The position numbers and the translations under genes are program-made. From Patescibacteria group bacterium (GTDB lineage Bacteria > Patescibacteriota > Saccharimonadia > Saccharimonadales > UBA4665), in the NCBI GenBank assembly GCA_030271625.1, contig JARXKN010000002.1, positions 7,996-71,995 of the forward strand: a stretch of 64,000 bases of DNA. Direction: 5' to 3'. The notes beneath the pieces are model-generated. The model saw nothing but the letters and a program-made list of their open reading frames with translations, was not told the DNA's origin and ran no database searches. Below, in pieces: positions 11,605 through 20,734 of this stretch (its first letter is position 1; every line of letters begins with the position of its first letter).

Positions 11605-12807
11605 TTAGCGACCCTGTTGGCTAGCGTTGGCAATGGTGCAAACGGGACAGACTTCCTGGTGTCCAAACTCAGTAAACCACTGTTTAGTCGCCGCGCGCCA
11701 CGGCTCTAGGTCGTGAAAGCCAACCAAATCCGCTAGTGACCGCAAGGCGTGGCCAATCCAGCCGTAGAGACGGAATTTACCATAGATAACAGCGGCCCAC
11801 TTTGGACCAGCCGGTATGATGGTGACGAACTTTTTGACTTGGTAGCTCTTCAAATCTTTGCCCTCAGCGCGTCGCTTCAGATTCTCAGCTACAAAACTAC
11901 CGTCTGAAAGAGCTGTCTGAGCCAAGCCACTGTAGGGCGTGTTGGCGTTGTCGCCAATCACAAAGATACTGTCTTCGGCTTGCAGGTAGACATCGACGGC
12001 AACCTTGCCGCGGCCCATCATAATAAAGTGATTAGTGGCAAAGAACGGATGATTGGTAACACCAGCAGTCCAGATTACCGTATGGGAGCGAATCGGCTTA
12101 CCGCTAACGGTAAGTTCATCAGGAGTTTGACCTTGCACAATACTGTTCACATACAGTTTAACGCCGAGTTTTTTAAGTTGTTTCTGCACGGCTCGTGAGG
12201 CGTCGACCGGCAATCGAGGTAACAGGCGTGGGGCGGCTTCGATAAGATCAACATGAATTTTGCGGACTGGCAGACCATGGTTTTTCATAAGCTGCTTTAA
12301 ATAGGTCGGCAAAACGCCCGAAAGTTCGATACCGGTTGGGCCAGCGCCAATCACAACATAGTTTAAATCAGGCTGTCGATCGTCAATCAGCTGCTGGTGG
12401 AGGTGAGCCTTAAAGCGCTCAACTTCGGCCTGGGTCTTAATACTATATGAGTATTCCGGTAGTCCCGGGATGCCGAAATAGTTGGTAACGACGCCGAGGC
12501 CAATAATGAGCGTGTCGTAGCCGTATGTCTCGCCGGCAGTTGTGGTGATAGTTTTGGCTTTACGATCGAGTGTTTCGGCTGTGCCCTGCACCAGCGTCAC
12601 GCCTTTATCGGTAAACATGTCCTGTAAGCTAATGCTGGAGTTAGCGCGGGCACCACCAGTCGCGGTGCGATATAAAGTCGGGTAGTAGCGGAATTCAGTT
12701 TGGTCGCTGAGTAAGGTTACTGCGAAGTGCGGATCGCCTGATAGTTCTAGGGCTGCTTTGACACCACCAAAGCCACCACCCAACACCAAAACTTTTTCTT
12801 TTTTCAT
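11605..12807 (-). CDS. ndh: Type II NADH dehydrogenase (NDH-2)
   Basis: Two dinucleotide folds ('VLVLGGGFGGV', 'VVIGAGPTGIE'). The track ORF begins at a TTG (12846). An ATG at 12807 or 12819 is the more likely start. Confidence 0.85.
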   Translation of the reverse strand: MKKEKVLVLGGGFGGVKAALELSGDPHFAVTLLSDQTEFRYYPTLYRTATGGARANSSISLQDMFTDKGVTLVQGTAETLDRKAKTITTTAGETYGYDTLIIGLGVVTNYFGIPGLPEYSYSIKTQAEVERFKAHLHQQLIDDRQPDLNYVVIGAGPTGIELSGVLPTYLKQLMKNHGLPVRKIHVDLIEAAPRLLPRLPVDASRAVQKQLKKLGVKLYVNSIVQGQTPDELTVSGKPIRSHTVIWTAGVTNHPFFATNHFIMMGRGKVAVDVYLQAEDSIFVIGDNANTPYSGLAQTALSDGSFVAENLKRRAEGKDLKSYQVKKFVTIIPAGPKWAAVIYGKFRLYGWIGHALRSLADLVGFHDLEPWRAATKQWFTEFGHQEVCPVCTIANASQQGR

Positions 12808-12875
12808 CTTAGGCCCCATTGTAGTCAAAGCATAAGAATCTTGCAACAGTAAGCTTAAGCAGGTAAACTAAACTG

Positions 12876-14540
12876 ATGGATGAATTTAAACAAAAACTAC
12901 AAAAAGCTGGCTTTAAGGGTGAAATTGATGACACCCCGGCAACCCGTGATTTTTATAGTCACGACGCCTCACTATTTGAAATTAAGCCGCAAGTAGTTAT
13001 GTTTCCGGCTGACTCAGCCGACGTTCAGTTGCTCGTCAAAACAGTCGCTGACAATAAAGCCACCATTAAGGATTTATCAATAACTGGCCGCAGCGCCGGT
13101 ACTTGCATGTCCGGCGGCGCTGTCAACGACTCAATTATTATCGACTTCACCAAGCACTTCAATAAGATTGGTACCGTTACGGCGACCGAAGCCAGCGCTC
13201 AACCAGGCGTATTTTATCGTGATTTTGAGCCAGAAACCCTTAAACATAACGCCTTAATGCCTTCGTATCCAGCTTCCCGGGACATGGCGGCATTGGGCGG
13301 CATGGTCAACAATAATGCTGGCGGCGAAAAGTCGCTGGAGTTCGGTAAAACCCGCGACTTTGTTAACTCCTTGCAAGTCGTTTTTGCTGACGGTAATGAG
13401 TACACGGTTAAGCCACTCAATAAACAAGAACTAGATGCCAAAATGGCGCAAGGCGATTTCGAAGGTAATATTTATAAGCGTATTTTCGAACTCTGCGAAT
13501 CGAAATATGACGTCATCAAAGCTGCTGAACCGCAAGTTTCAAAAAATTCAATGGGCTACAACATTTGGAGTGTTTGGAACCGCGACACCGGTATCTTTGA
13601 TATGCAGAAGTTACTAGTCGGGTCCCAGGGTACGCTTGGTATGACCACTGACATTACCTTTCGTCTCGTCCCCCACCGTAAACATAATGGTTTGCTAGTT
13701 TTATTCCTAAAAGATATCGATAAATTGGGCGAGCTAATTCCCAAAATTATGGAAAGTAAACCGGCAACCTTTGAGTCCTTTGACGACCAAACCTTATTCT
13801 TGTCGATCCGCTTCATGCCAAGCTTCTTAAAGCTGCTAGGGCCGGCCAAATTTATTCACCTGCTTCTGACGCTTATTCCTGACGGGCTACAACTGCTACG
13901 AGGTATACCAAAGCTGATTTTAATGGTTGAGTTCGACGGTGATACTGAACAAGAAGTTCGTGACCGTGTCCATGCGCTCCATAAAGTATTAGGTAAGCAC
14001 CGGGCACGCTATGAAATCAACGGCTTTGAAGAAGATCCGACCGAAGCCAAGAGTGAAAAATTCTGGATTATGCGCCGCCGCAGCTTCCAATTGCTCCGCA
14101 GTAAGGTTAAAGACAAACACACGGCACCGTTTATCGACGACCTAATCGTTAATCCAGAGTATATGCCTACCTTCCTGCCCGAACTGCGGACGATAATCAA
14201 AAAATATAAATTATTTGCGACTATTGCCGGCCACATGGGTGACGGAAATTTCCATATCATCCCCCTCATGAAACTTGAGGATCCAAAAGAGCGCGCCAAG
14301 CTCTTGCCTTGCATGAAAGAGGTGGATGAATTAGTTTTGAAATATCATGGTTCGCTAGCCGGTGAACACAATGACGGCCTGGTTCGGGGCCCGTGGTTGG
14401 AGCAACAATTCGGTAAGGAAGTGCTTGATATCTTTAAAGAGGTAAAGACAATTTTTGACCCAGCGAACATCTTCAATCCGCATAAAAAATCTTATGCCGA
14501 TTGGGACTATAGTTTTAGCCACATCCGAGACCACTTCTAA
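12876..14540 (+). CDS. FAD-linked oxidase/dehydrogenase (GlcD / D-lactate dehydrogenase-like)
   Basis: 554 aa. N-terminal PCMH-type FAD-binding region ('GRSAGTCMSGGAV') and C-terminal 'GHMGDGNFH...GSLAGEHNDG' typical of the family. Confidence 0.8.
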   Translation: MDEFKQKLQKAGFKGEIDDTPATRDFYSHDASLFEIKPQVVMFPADSADVQLLVKTVADNKATIKDLSITGRSAGTCMSGGAVNDSIIIDFTKHFNKIGTVTATEASAQPGVFYRDFEPETLKHNALMPSYPASRDMAALGGMVNNNAGGEKSLEFGKTRDFVNSLQVVFADGNEYTVKPLNKQELDAKMAQGDFEGNIYKRIFELCESKYDVIKAAEPQVSKNSMGYNIWSVWNRDTGIFDMQKLLVGSQGTLGMTTDITFRLVPHRKHNGLLVLFLKDIDKLGELIPKIMESKPATFESFDDQTLFLSIRFMPSFLKLLGPAKFIHLLLTLIPDGLQLLRGIPKLILMVEFDGDTEQEVRDRVHALHKVLGKHRARYEINGFEEDPTEAKSEKFWIMRRRSFQLLRSKVKDKHTAPFIDDLIVNPEYMPTFLPELRTIIKKYKLFATIAGHMGDGNFHIIPLMKLEDPKERAKLLPCMKEVDELVLKYHGSLAGEHNDGLVRGPWLEQQFGKEVLDIFKEVKTIFDPANIFNPHKKSYADWDYSFSHIRDHF

Positions 14541-14566
14541 GGATCTCGACATTGTTCGGTTACTGG

Positions 14567-15436
14567 CTAGATTAAAACGGCGTTTAAGCCAATGAGTAAA
14601 GACTGCACGGTCAGGGCTAGCAGTGAGAAAAAGAACAGCTGTTTGGCCCAGGCTATTTCGTCTGTCGCTTTAAATCCGCGGATAGCTAACCCTAACCAGC
14701 CGAGGCTTATCACTAGCAAGCTGACGAAATATATCTTGCCGGTGTAGCCATAGTAACTGAGGCCGAGGCTGCTAACGGCGTAGCTAACTATGTACAGCAA
14801 CGCCTGGACCTTTGTAACCTGAAGGCCTTTTTTCACGGGCAGTACGGGCAGCTCTGCAGCGGCATAATCTTTAAGTCGGAACATAGCAATGGCAAAGAAG
14901 TGCGGCATCTGCCAACAAACTAAGATAACAAACAATAACCCAGCCGCTAAGTCGATATGATTGCTAGCAGCAACGTAGCCGACGACTGGAGGGATGGCGC
15001 CGGAAATACTACCGACGGCTGTCCCTAAGCTAGAACGTCGCTTATAGTAGCCGTAGACGACCACATAGGCCACATAGCCTAGCAAGGCTAGCCCTAGGCT
15101 CAACCCATTCACAAATAATCCGAGTAGCAAGCTGCCGGCTAATAACAGTACCGTGGCGTAACCCAAGGCTGCCGGCACCGAAATCTTGCCGGCTACTAAC
15201 GCTCGTTTGGCGGTGCGGGCCATTTTTTTATCGAGCTTGCGGTCGAGTACATTGTTACTGACGCAGGCAGCAGCAATTATGAGCCCTAAGCCCAGTAACA
15301 TGATGGCACCGCGGCCGATGGCGATGTGCTGTTTGGAGGCTAGCAAATACCCGGCGGCAGCGGTGATGAGGTTGCCACGAACTATCCCTGGCTTGGTTAG
15401 GTAATAGTAAGCGTTTAGTGTTTCTTTGCGGGTCAT
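14567..15436 (-). CDS. cyoE: Protoheme IX farnesyltransferase (heme O synthase)
   Basis: 289 aa, polytopic. UbiA-type 'NNVLDRKLDKKMARTAKR' motif. It is the last gene of the cyo cluster. Confidence 0.9.
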   Translation of the reverse strand: MTRKETLNAYYYLTKPGIVRGNLITAAAGYLLASKQHIAIGRGAIMLLGLGLIIAAACVSNNVLDRKLDKKMARTAKRALVAGKISVPAALGYATVLLLAGSLLLGLFVNGLSLGLALLGYVAYVVVYGYYKRRSSLGTAVGSISGAIPPVVGYVAASNHIDLAAGLLFVILVCWQMPHFFAIAMFRLKDYAAAELPVLPVKKGLQVTKVQALLYIVSYAVSSLGLSYYGYTGKIYFVSLLVISLGWLGLAIRGFKATDEIAWAKQLFFFSLLALTVQSLLIGLNAVLI

Positions 15437-15456
15437 GATTGGTGTGGTAGCGTCAT

Positions 15457-16143
15457 TTAATTAGCATCAACGACGGCAAAGCTGCCCTTCACTTCTGGTC
15501 GCGTATGGTCATGGAATAGGAAGGTGCCGGTTTGCGACAGGGTTATGGTCTTAGTGTGCGCTTTGGGGACGGAAAGGATATCTAAGCCGGCGTAGCTGGT
15601 GTGATGAATATGCGGACCGAATGTTATAGCCACGTTAACGATATCATTATCAATAAATGTCAGCGTATCGCACTTGGTCGCAATCGTTAATAGTGGCGTC
15701 ACCTTCCCGTTTTCTATGGTTACACGGTGGTTTGGGTAATGGCCCCGACAAGCACCAGTCAGCTCGCCACTAACCTGATAAATACCTTCGCTATCGATTA
15801 TGCGTTTGGTTTGATCGAGACTCGTCATATTGCTATGCAAGTTGCTGATGATTACTATCGATCCAACGACAACCACCAGCATGGCGACAAAGGTCCCAAC
15901 AAAGAAGTAGATGTTTGCCTGTGAACTAGCCCCTCGACCTAAATGCAGGAAAAATATGACCTGTACTAGCAGCTGCACCATCGCAAAGGTCAGGATGGTG
16001 ATAAGCAAGCTCGTGCCAGCTACCCGGTGCGTAACAACCAGGTAGTACGGCATCAGAGTGAAACTTAATGACAACAGGAAACCGACGACGTAGGATGTTA
16101 AAGTTTTTTGTTCGGACATGCCGTGTGGTGCTGGCGTGCTCAT
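15457..16143 (-). CDS. cyoD: Cytochrome o ubiquinol oxidase subunit IV fused to a ~120-aa His-rich C-terminal domain
   Basis: The first ~107 aa have three TM helices and a CyoD-like length and position, with a 4-nt overlap with cyoC. They are followed by a beta-rich extension with 8 His and 2 Cys. Confidence 0.75.
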   Translation of the reverse strand: MSTPAPHGMSEQKTLTSYVVGFLLSLSFTLMPYYLVVTHRVAGTSLLITILTFAMVQLLVQVIFFLHLGRGASSQANIYFFVGTFVAMLVVVVGSIVIISNLHSNMTSLDQTKRIIDSEGIYQVSGELTGACRGHYPNHRVTIENGKVTPLLTIATKCDTLTFIDNDIVNVAITFGPHIHHTSYAGLDILSVPKAHTKTITLSQTGTFLFHDHTRPEVKGSFAVVDAN

Positions 16144-16733
16144 GCGAAGGCTCCTAGATAAACAATGGTAAAGATAAAGATCCAGACAATATCCAGGAAG
16201 TGCCAGAAGAGGCTGAGCAACGCTAACTTACGGACGAGAGCTTTGTTTAGGCCGCGCTTAAGAATATAGCCCATCGTGACACCCATCCACAGTAGTCCCG
16301 AAGTAATGTGTAGACCGTGCGTTCCAACCAACACAAAAAAGGAGGACAGGAAGGCATTGGTTTGCAGCGTCTGGCCGCTGTGGATGAACTCGGTAAATTC
16401 CTTCATTTCTAGACTAAGGAAGAGCGCCCCCAGGATGAACGTAATGCCAAAACATATCAGCGTCTGCCATTTTTTGTTGCTGCGGGCAGCCAGCAAGCCC
16501 AGTCCACAGGTAAAGCTACTAGTAAGCAATAGGATTGTTTCTTGCAGAGCTAACGGCAGCGTAAACAGGTCTCTGCCGGTTGGGCCACCTACCGTATTGC
16601 CGTGTAGGACAGAGTAAGAAGCAAATAGTACCGAAAATAGTAACAAGTCGGTCATGAGATAGACCCAGAATCCGAACATTACGCGTTCATCGGCGGCTGC
16701 TTCGTGGGCTTCGTGATTTACCATGATTTCCAC
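16140..16733 (-). CDS. cyoC: Cytochrome o ubiquinol oxidase subunit III
   Basis: 197 aa with five TM segments, 'FWHFLDIVWIF' C-terminal signature. An alternative ATG start lies at 16724. Confidence 0.9.
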   Translation of the reverse strand: MEIMVNHEAHEAAADERVMFGFWVYLMTDLLLFSVLFASYSVLHGNTVGGPTGRDLFTLPLALQETILLLTSSFTCGLGLLAARSNKKWQTLICFGITFILGALFLSLEMKEFTEFIHSGQTLQTNAFLSSFFVLVGTHGLHITSGLLWMGVTMGYILKRGLNKALVRKLALLSLFWHFLDIVWIFIFTIVYLGAFA

Positions 16734-18811
16734 TTCTTATTTCTGATTATGTCGATTGCAAAATCGTAGACGTATATGACGAACTCGCGCACACTCATAT
16801 CTTCCTGTTCAGACATAGCACCTGACTTTTTTGTGATGGCGGCGGTAGCGGCAATCCGGGCTTCCTCTATGCTCTTCACTTCTTCGGCGGTTACGACGTA
16901 CTCAGAATCTTCGTTAAAAGCCCGAATAACGAAAACAATGATAATCCCAATCATGGCTACGACGGCTAACCAGTTAATGTGCCAGACGAAGGCGAAGCCG
17001 ACCAGGAAGGCCAAAGCGGCAATATAAATACCAACTGCCGTATTCTTGGGCATGGTTATATCTTCATAGTGCGGTTCGGGCAGTCCTAGGCGCTTCATAT
17101 CTAAGAAGGCATCGCGTGTTATTACGTGTGGTATGACGGTGAAATTATAGAAAGCTGGCGGTGACGCCGTGGCCCATTCTAGTGTCCGGCCGTTCCATGG
17201 ATCGCCCGTGGCGTCACGTAAGTTCCCCTTTTGGATTATACTGGCCACAATCTGAATTATCTGCAGTCCGACACCAACCGCGATGACTAAGCCACCAATC
17301 AGCATCAATATGAAGAACGGCTGGTAGCCTGTTTGGGCGTCGTAATGGTCAAGTCGCCGAGTTGCACCCATGATGCCTAAAATATACATGGGCACAAATG
17401 ACAAACAAAAACCGATAATCCAACACCAAAAGGCGTTTCGGCCAATTCGCTCATTAAGCCTAAAACCGGTAAATTTCGGGAACCAGTAACTAATACCAGC
17501 AAAGATGCCGAACAGGACACCGCCGATAACATTTGAGTGGAAGTGGGCCACCAGAAATAAGCTGTTGTGTAGCTGAAAGTCAGCTGGGGGAAACGCCAAT
17601 ATTAAGCCCGAGACGCCGCCGATAGTAAAGATGGTGACAAAACCAAGGAACCAGAGCATGGGGGTGTCAAAGCGAATTAGACCTCGATGCATGGTGGCAA
17701 TCCAGGTAAAGAACAGCACCGCCGTCGGTATGGCGATAACTAAGGTTATAAGTCCAAAGAAGGCGTTGACATCGGCACTGGCACCCATAGTGAAAAAGTG
17801 ATGCAGCCAAACTGACAGTGCTAACGCCGAAACACCTGCCATACCGAGTACGTTGGCTGTGTAACTAGCGATTGGCTTACGACTAAAAGTAGCCACAACT
17901 TCTGAAAATATACCGAAGGCTGGCAACATTAAAATGTAGACTTCGGGGTGTCCCCACATCCAAATAAGATTGGTGTACATCATTGGATCGCCGCCGCCCA
18001 GGGCCGTAAAGAAGTGAGCCCCAAAATAACGGTCAAAGAACTGCAAAAAGAGCGTAGCAGTAAGTAGCGGGAAGACGGCTACGGCCATTAGCATGCTAAA
18101 TAATGATCCCCAGGTAAAGAGCGGCATTTTCCAAATTGTCATGCCCGGAGCGCGCATTTTTAAGATGGTCATAATAAAGTTAATAGCACCTAGGGTCGTG
18201 CCAATACCGGATATCTGTAAACTCCATATCCAATAATCAACTCCGGTTCCGGGACTAAAGGCGATACCCGATAACGGGGCGACGGCTAACCAGCCGGTGG
18301 CAGCGTATTGCCCACCAAGGACGAAGAACATATTGACCATAACCACACCACCAATGTAGAGCCAGAAACCTAAGGTATTGAGCAGTGGTGATGCGAGATC
18401 ACGGGCGCCGATTTGTAGTGGCACAATGTAGTTGATGAGACCAAAGATGAATCCCATCGCCACGAAGAAAACCATAATGTTACCGTGGGCCGTAAATATT
18501 TGTTGATAGTGATCGGCGGATAGAATGCCGTGTGAGCTACCGGATGACAGCGCTTGTTGAACCCACATCAAAATGACGTCTATGCCGCCACGTATTAGCA
18601 TAAAAGCAGCCGTCAAAAAGTACATAATGCCAATCTTTTTTGGATCAACTGAAGTTAACCAGTCATTCCACAGCCACTTCCAGCGCTTAGTGCGCGTCAG
18701 AATTAATGCGGCAAACAAAAACATAGCAATAAACGTACCGGTACCGCCAACAGTTACCCAATCATGAGGCAAAGAGTCTTGTGTTAAGCGACCTAGGAAA
18801 AATTCTTTCAT
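16718..18811 (-). CDS. cyoB: Cytochrome o ubiquinol oxidase subunit I (heme-copper oxidase)
   Basis: 697 aa. Motifs 'WFFGHPEVY'-like 'WMWGHPEVYILMLPAFG' and 'HHFFTMG', plus 'VAHFHSNVIGG'. Confidence 0.95.
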   Translation of the reverse strand: MKEFFLGRLTQDSLPHDWVTVGGTGTFIAMFLFAALILTRTKRWKWLWNDWLTSVDPKKIGIMYFLTAAFMLIRGGIDVILMWVQQALSSGSSHGILSADHYQQIFTAHGNIMVFFVAMGFIFGLINYIVPLQIGARDLASPLLNTLGFWLYIGGVVMVNMFFVLGGQYAATGWLAVAPLSGIAFSPGTGVDYWIWSLQISGIGTTLGAINFIMTILKMRAPGMTIWKMPLFTWGSLFSMLMAVAVFPLLTATLFLQFFDRYFGAHFFTALGGGDPMMYTNLIWMWGHPEVYILMLPAFGIFSEVVATFSRKPIASYTANVLGMAGVSALALSVWLHHFFTMGASADVNAFFGLITLVIAIPTAVLFFTWIATMHRGLIRFDTPMLWFLGFVTIFTIGGVSGLILAFPPADFQLHNSLFLVAHFHSNVIGGVLFGIFAGISYWFPKFTGFRLNERIGRNAFWCWIIGFCLSFVPMYILGIMGATRRLDHYDAQTGYQPFFILMLIGGLVIAVGVGLQIIQIVASIIQKGNLRDATGDPWNGRTLEWATASPPAFYNFTVIPHVITRDAFLDMKRLGLPEPHYEDITMPKNTAVGIYIAALAFLVGFAFVWHINWLAVVAMIGIIIVFVIRAFNEDSEYVVTAEEVKSIEEARIAATAAITKKSGAMSEQEDMSVREFVIYVYDFAIDIIRNKKWKSW

Positions 18812-19752
18812 TAATACATACCCTCGTGTTGTGTTTGTGCTGTCATTTGATGATCATGTGATCCCATATATTTCATAACGGTATCGGCGTAAAGGCTGTC
18901 GTCTACCGGATAAAATGCCGTCACGGCGTTATTTTCGCTGGGCTTTACCAAAGTTTGATAAGTGGCTTTATCGAGGGTTGAAGCGGACTGCTTCGTCATA
19001 TCAACCCATGACTCAAAATCCTGCTTACTACTGACCCGGGCCGTGAACTGCATGCCCGCAAAACCGGCGCCATTAATTTCGGCGGAGCGTCCACGGTAAT
19101 CGCCATTTTCGCTCGCCATTAGGTTTAAGCGGTTGATATGACCAGTCATAGCATACAGCTGACCGGACAGATTTGGAATCCAAAATGAACTCATCGGTGC
19201 TTCATCGGCAGTCAGGTCAAAGACGATCGGAACATCTTTAGGAATCTGAACGTAGTTAACGGTTGCAATTTGCTGGTCGGGATAGATAAACAACCATTTC
19301 CAGCGCATGGCCATAACCTGAATCGTAATTGGCGGTGTACTAGACGCCAGTGCTTTGTTGGGCTGCAGCTTGTGTGTGGCCGGCACTAGAGCTATGGCTA
19401 GTAGGAGCATGACAAAAGTTGGCAACGCCCAAATTGCAACAATAAACGCCTTACCAGTTTTGGCCTCCGGATGATAGGTCGCTGTGCTGTGCGACTCACG
19501 GTAACGCCAGGCGGTGAAATATAACAATATGACCGTCGGTACAGCGATAGCCAGGATGACTGTCAACACGTAAAAGATTAGGCCACGTTGTTGGCTGGCA
19601 ATAGTTCCTTTGGCGTCTAAAATAGCAATATTCTTGCCTCTTAGCAGCATGGCAATAAGCAGCCCAAAGGCGCTCAAACCAGTTCCCAGCCGTAGTAAGG
19701 TACGGCCAAGACTAGGATTATTTTTTTGTTTAGCGCTCAAACTAGACTTCAT
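18811..19752 (-). CDS. cyoA: Cytochrome o ubiquinol oxidase subunit II (CuA ligands absent)
   Basis: 'SSFWIPNLSGQLYAMTGHINRLNL...SAEINGAGFAGMQF' parallels quinol-oxidase CyoA. The Cys/His CuA ligands are replaced by Ser/Asn/Phe. Confidence 0.9.
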   Translation of the reverse strand: MKSSLSAKQKNNPSLGRTLLRLGTGLSAFGLLIAMLLRGKNIAILDAKGTIASQQRGLIFYVLTVILAIAVPTVILLYFTAWRYRESHSTATYHPEAKTGKAFIVAIWALPTFVMLLLAIALVPATHKLQPNKALASSTPPITIQVMAMRWKWLFIYPDQQIATVNYVQIPKDVPIVFDLTADEAPMSSFWIPNLSGQLYAMTGHINRLNLMASENGDYRGRSAEINGAGFAGMQFTARVSSKQDFESWVDMTKQSASTLDKATYQTLVKPSENNAVTAFYPVDDSLYADTVMKYMGSHDHQMTAQTQHEGMY

Positions 19753-19761
19753 TTCTCTTTT

Positions 19762-19770
19762 AGTATAGCA
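19762..19770 (-). promoter_or_regulatory. Extended -10-like element TGCTATACT 9 nt upstream of the cyoA ATG
   Basis: The minus strand reads TGCTATACT-AAAAGAGAA-ATG. Motif match only. Confidence 0.3.
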
Positions 19771-19800
19771 CTTATGGTTAAGACAACTAAGCGTTGTAAC

Positions 19801-20682
19801 CTACTGGGTTAGACGCTGTAAATTGCGCCGAGCATGGGTGCCAAATATAAGCACTCCAAGCAGCAATAACATGGCAATATACACTCCCCTGTCGAGCAAA
19901 CTGGCCGCGACGATAGTTGTGTTCGGAATGTGGTGTAAGCGCTGCGCCAGTAACACGAACGACTCACGAAAACCAATAGCGCCAGGCGTTAACGATACAA
20001 ATAAGGCAAAGTTGGCGGCGCCAGTGTAAATAATGGCTTGACGGAAGGTTATAGCTGCGTTGTTGGTGTGCAACTCGATGTAAAAGATAACCGTGAAAAC
20101 AGCAACTTGTAGCAGTGTTGCTGCGGCCGTAAAAATTAATCCCCTGAGGCTCAAGCTTTTAAACCTAGTAATGTTTAGTAGCGGCGTGTGCCAGAGCCAG
20201 AACAATCCCCCCAGCCCCAAGCCACCTAGTACAATTGTCCACCAGCCCGCAAGACCGAAGACTAAACACAGGCCGCTAAAGTAGGCGTAGAAAAAGTAAT
20301 AAGCCACGCTAGCAACAGCATATTGCTTAAGATTAACCCGATGGCGTTTTTTTAAATATAGGGCTCTAAAGGCCGGACCACTTTGGAGCGGTCCGAAGAA
20401 ATTTATGATTGATGAATAGGCGGTAACTAACATGGTTTCAGATACAGGTAAGGCAGCGTTACAGATTAGTAAGCTGGCGCGAAATACCAACCACAAACTG
20501 ACCATAAAAAATAAATACAACAAAAGCAGACTGGCCAGCACTGGTCGGGGGGTGGCTAACAGTTGGCGACCAACTGTCGGGTGGTGCGATAGAAAATAAA
20601 TACTGGCGCCGATGGTTACAAGCAGTATAACGAGGGCTAATAAGCTGCGCGCTAGGCGTCGATTCATAGCCGTATTGTACAT
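19801..20682 (-). CDS. Flippase-like / lysyl-PG-synthase-TM-like membrane protein (UPF0104 family)
   Basis: Polytopic, with a 'LTPGAIGFRE' motif typical of the family. I trimmed the start to the ATG at 20682, which is preceded by GAAGG. Confidence 0.65.
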   Translation of the reverse strand: MYNTAMNRRLARSLLALVILLVTIGASIYFLSHHPTVGRQLLATPRPVLASLLLLYLFFMVSLWLVFRASLLICNAALPVSETMLVTAYSSIINFFGPLQSGPAFRALYLKKRHRVNLKQYAVASVAYYFFYAYFSGLCLVFGLAGWWTIVLGGLGLGGLFWLWHTPLLNITRFKSLSLRGLIFTAAATLLQVAVFTVIFYIELHTNNAAITFRQAIIYTGAANFALFVSLTPGAIGFRESFVLLAQRLHHIPNTTIVAASLLDRGVYIAMLLLLGVLIFGTHARRNLQRLTQ

Positions 20683-20734
20683 GAGCGGCCTTCGTCTATC
20701 AGTATCGGATTTTTCCCGTATAATAGGCAAGGTT

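Noticed and set aside
20612-20734. N-terminal extensions of several track ORFs (20612, 35426, 7466, 3084, 56052, 12846, 20751).
   Set aside because: These extensions overlap the divergent or upstream neighbour, or begin at non-ATG codons without an SD. Internal ATGs with SD sequences and canonical protein N-termini fit better, so I trimmed the coordinates.
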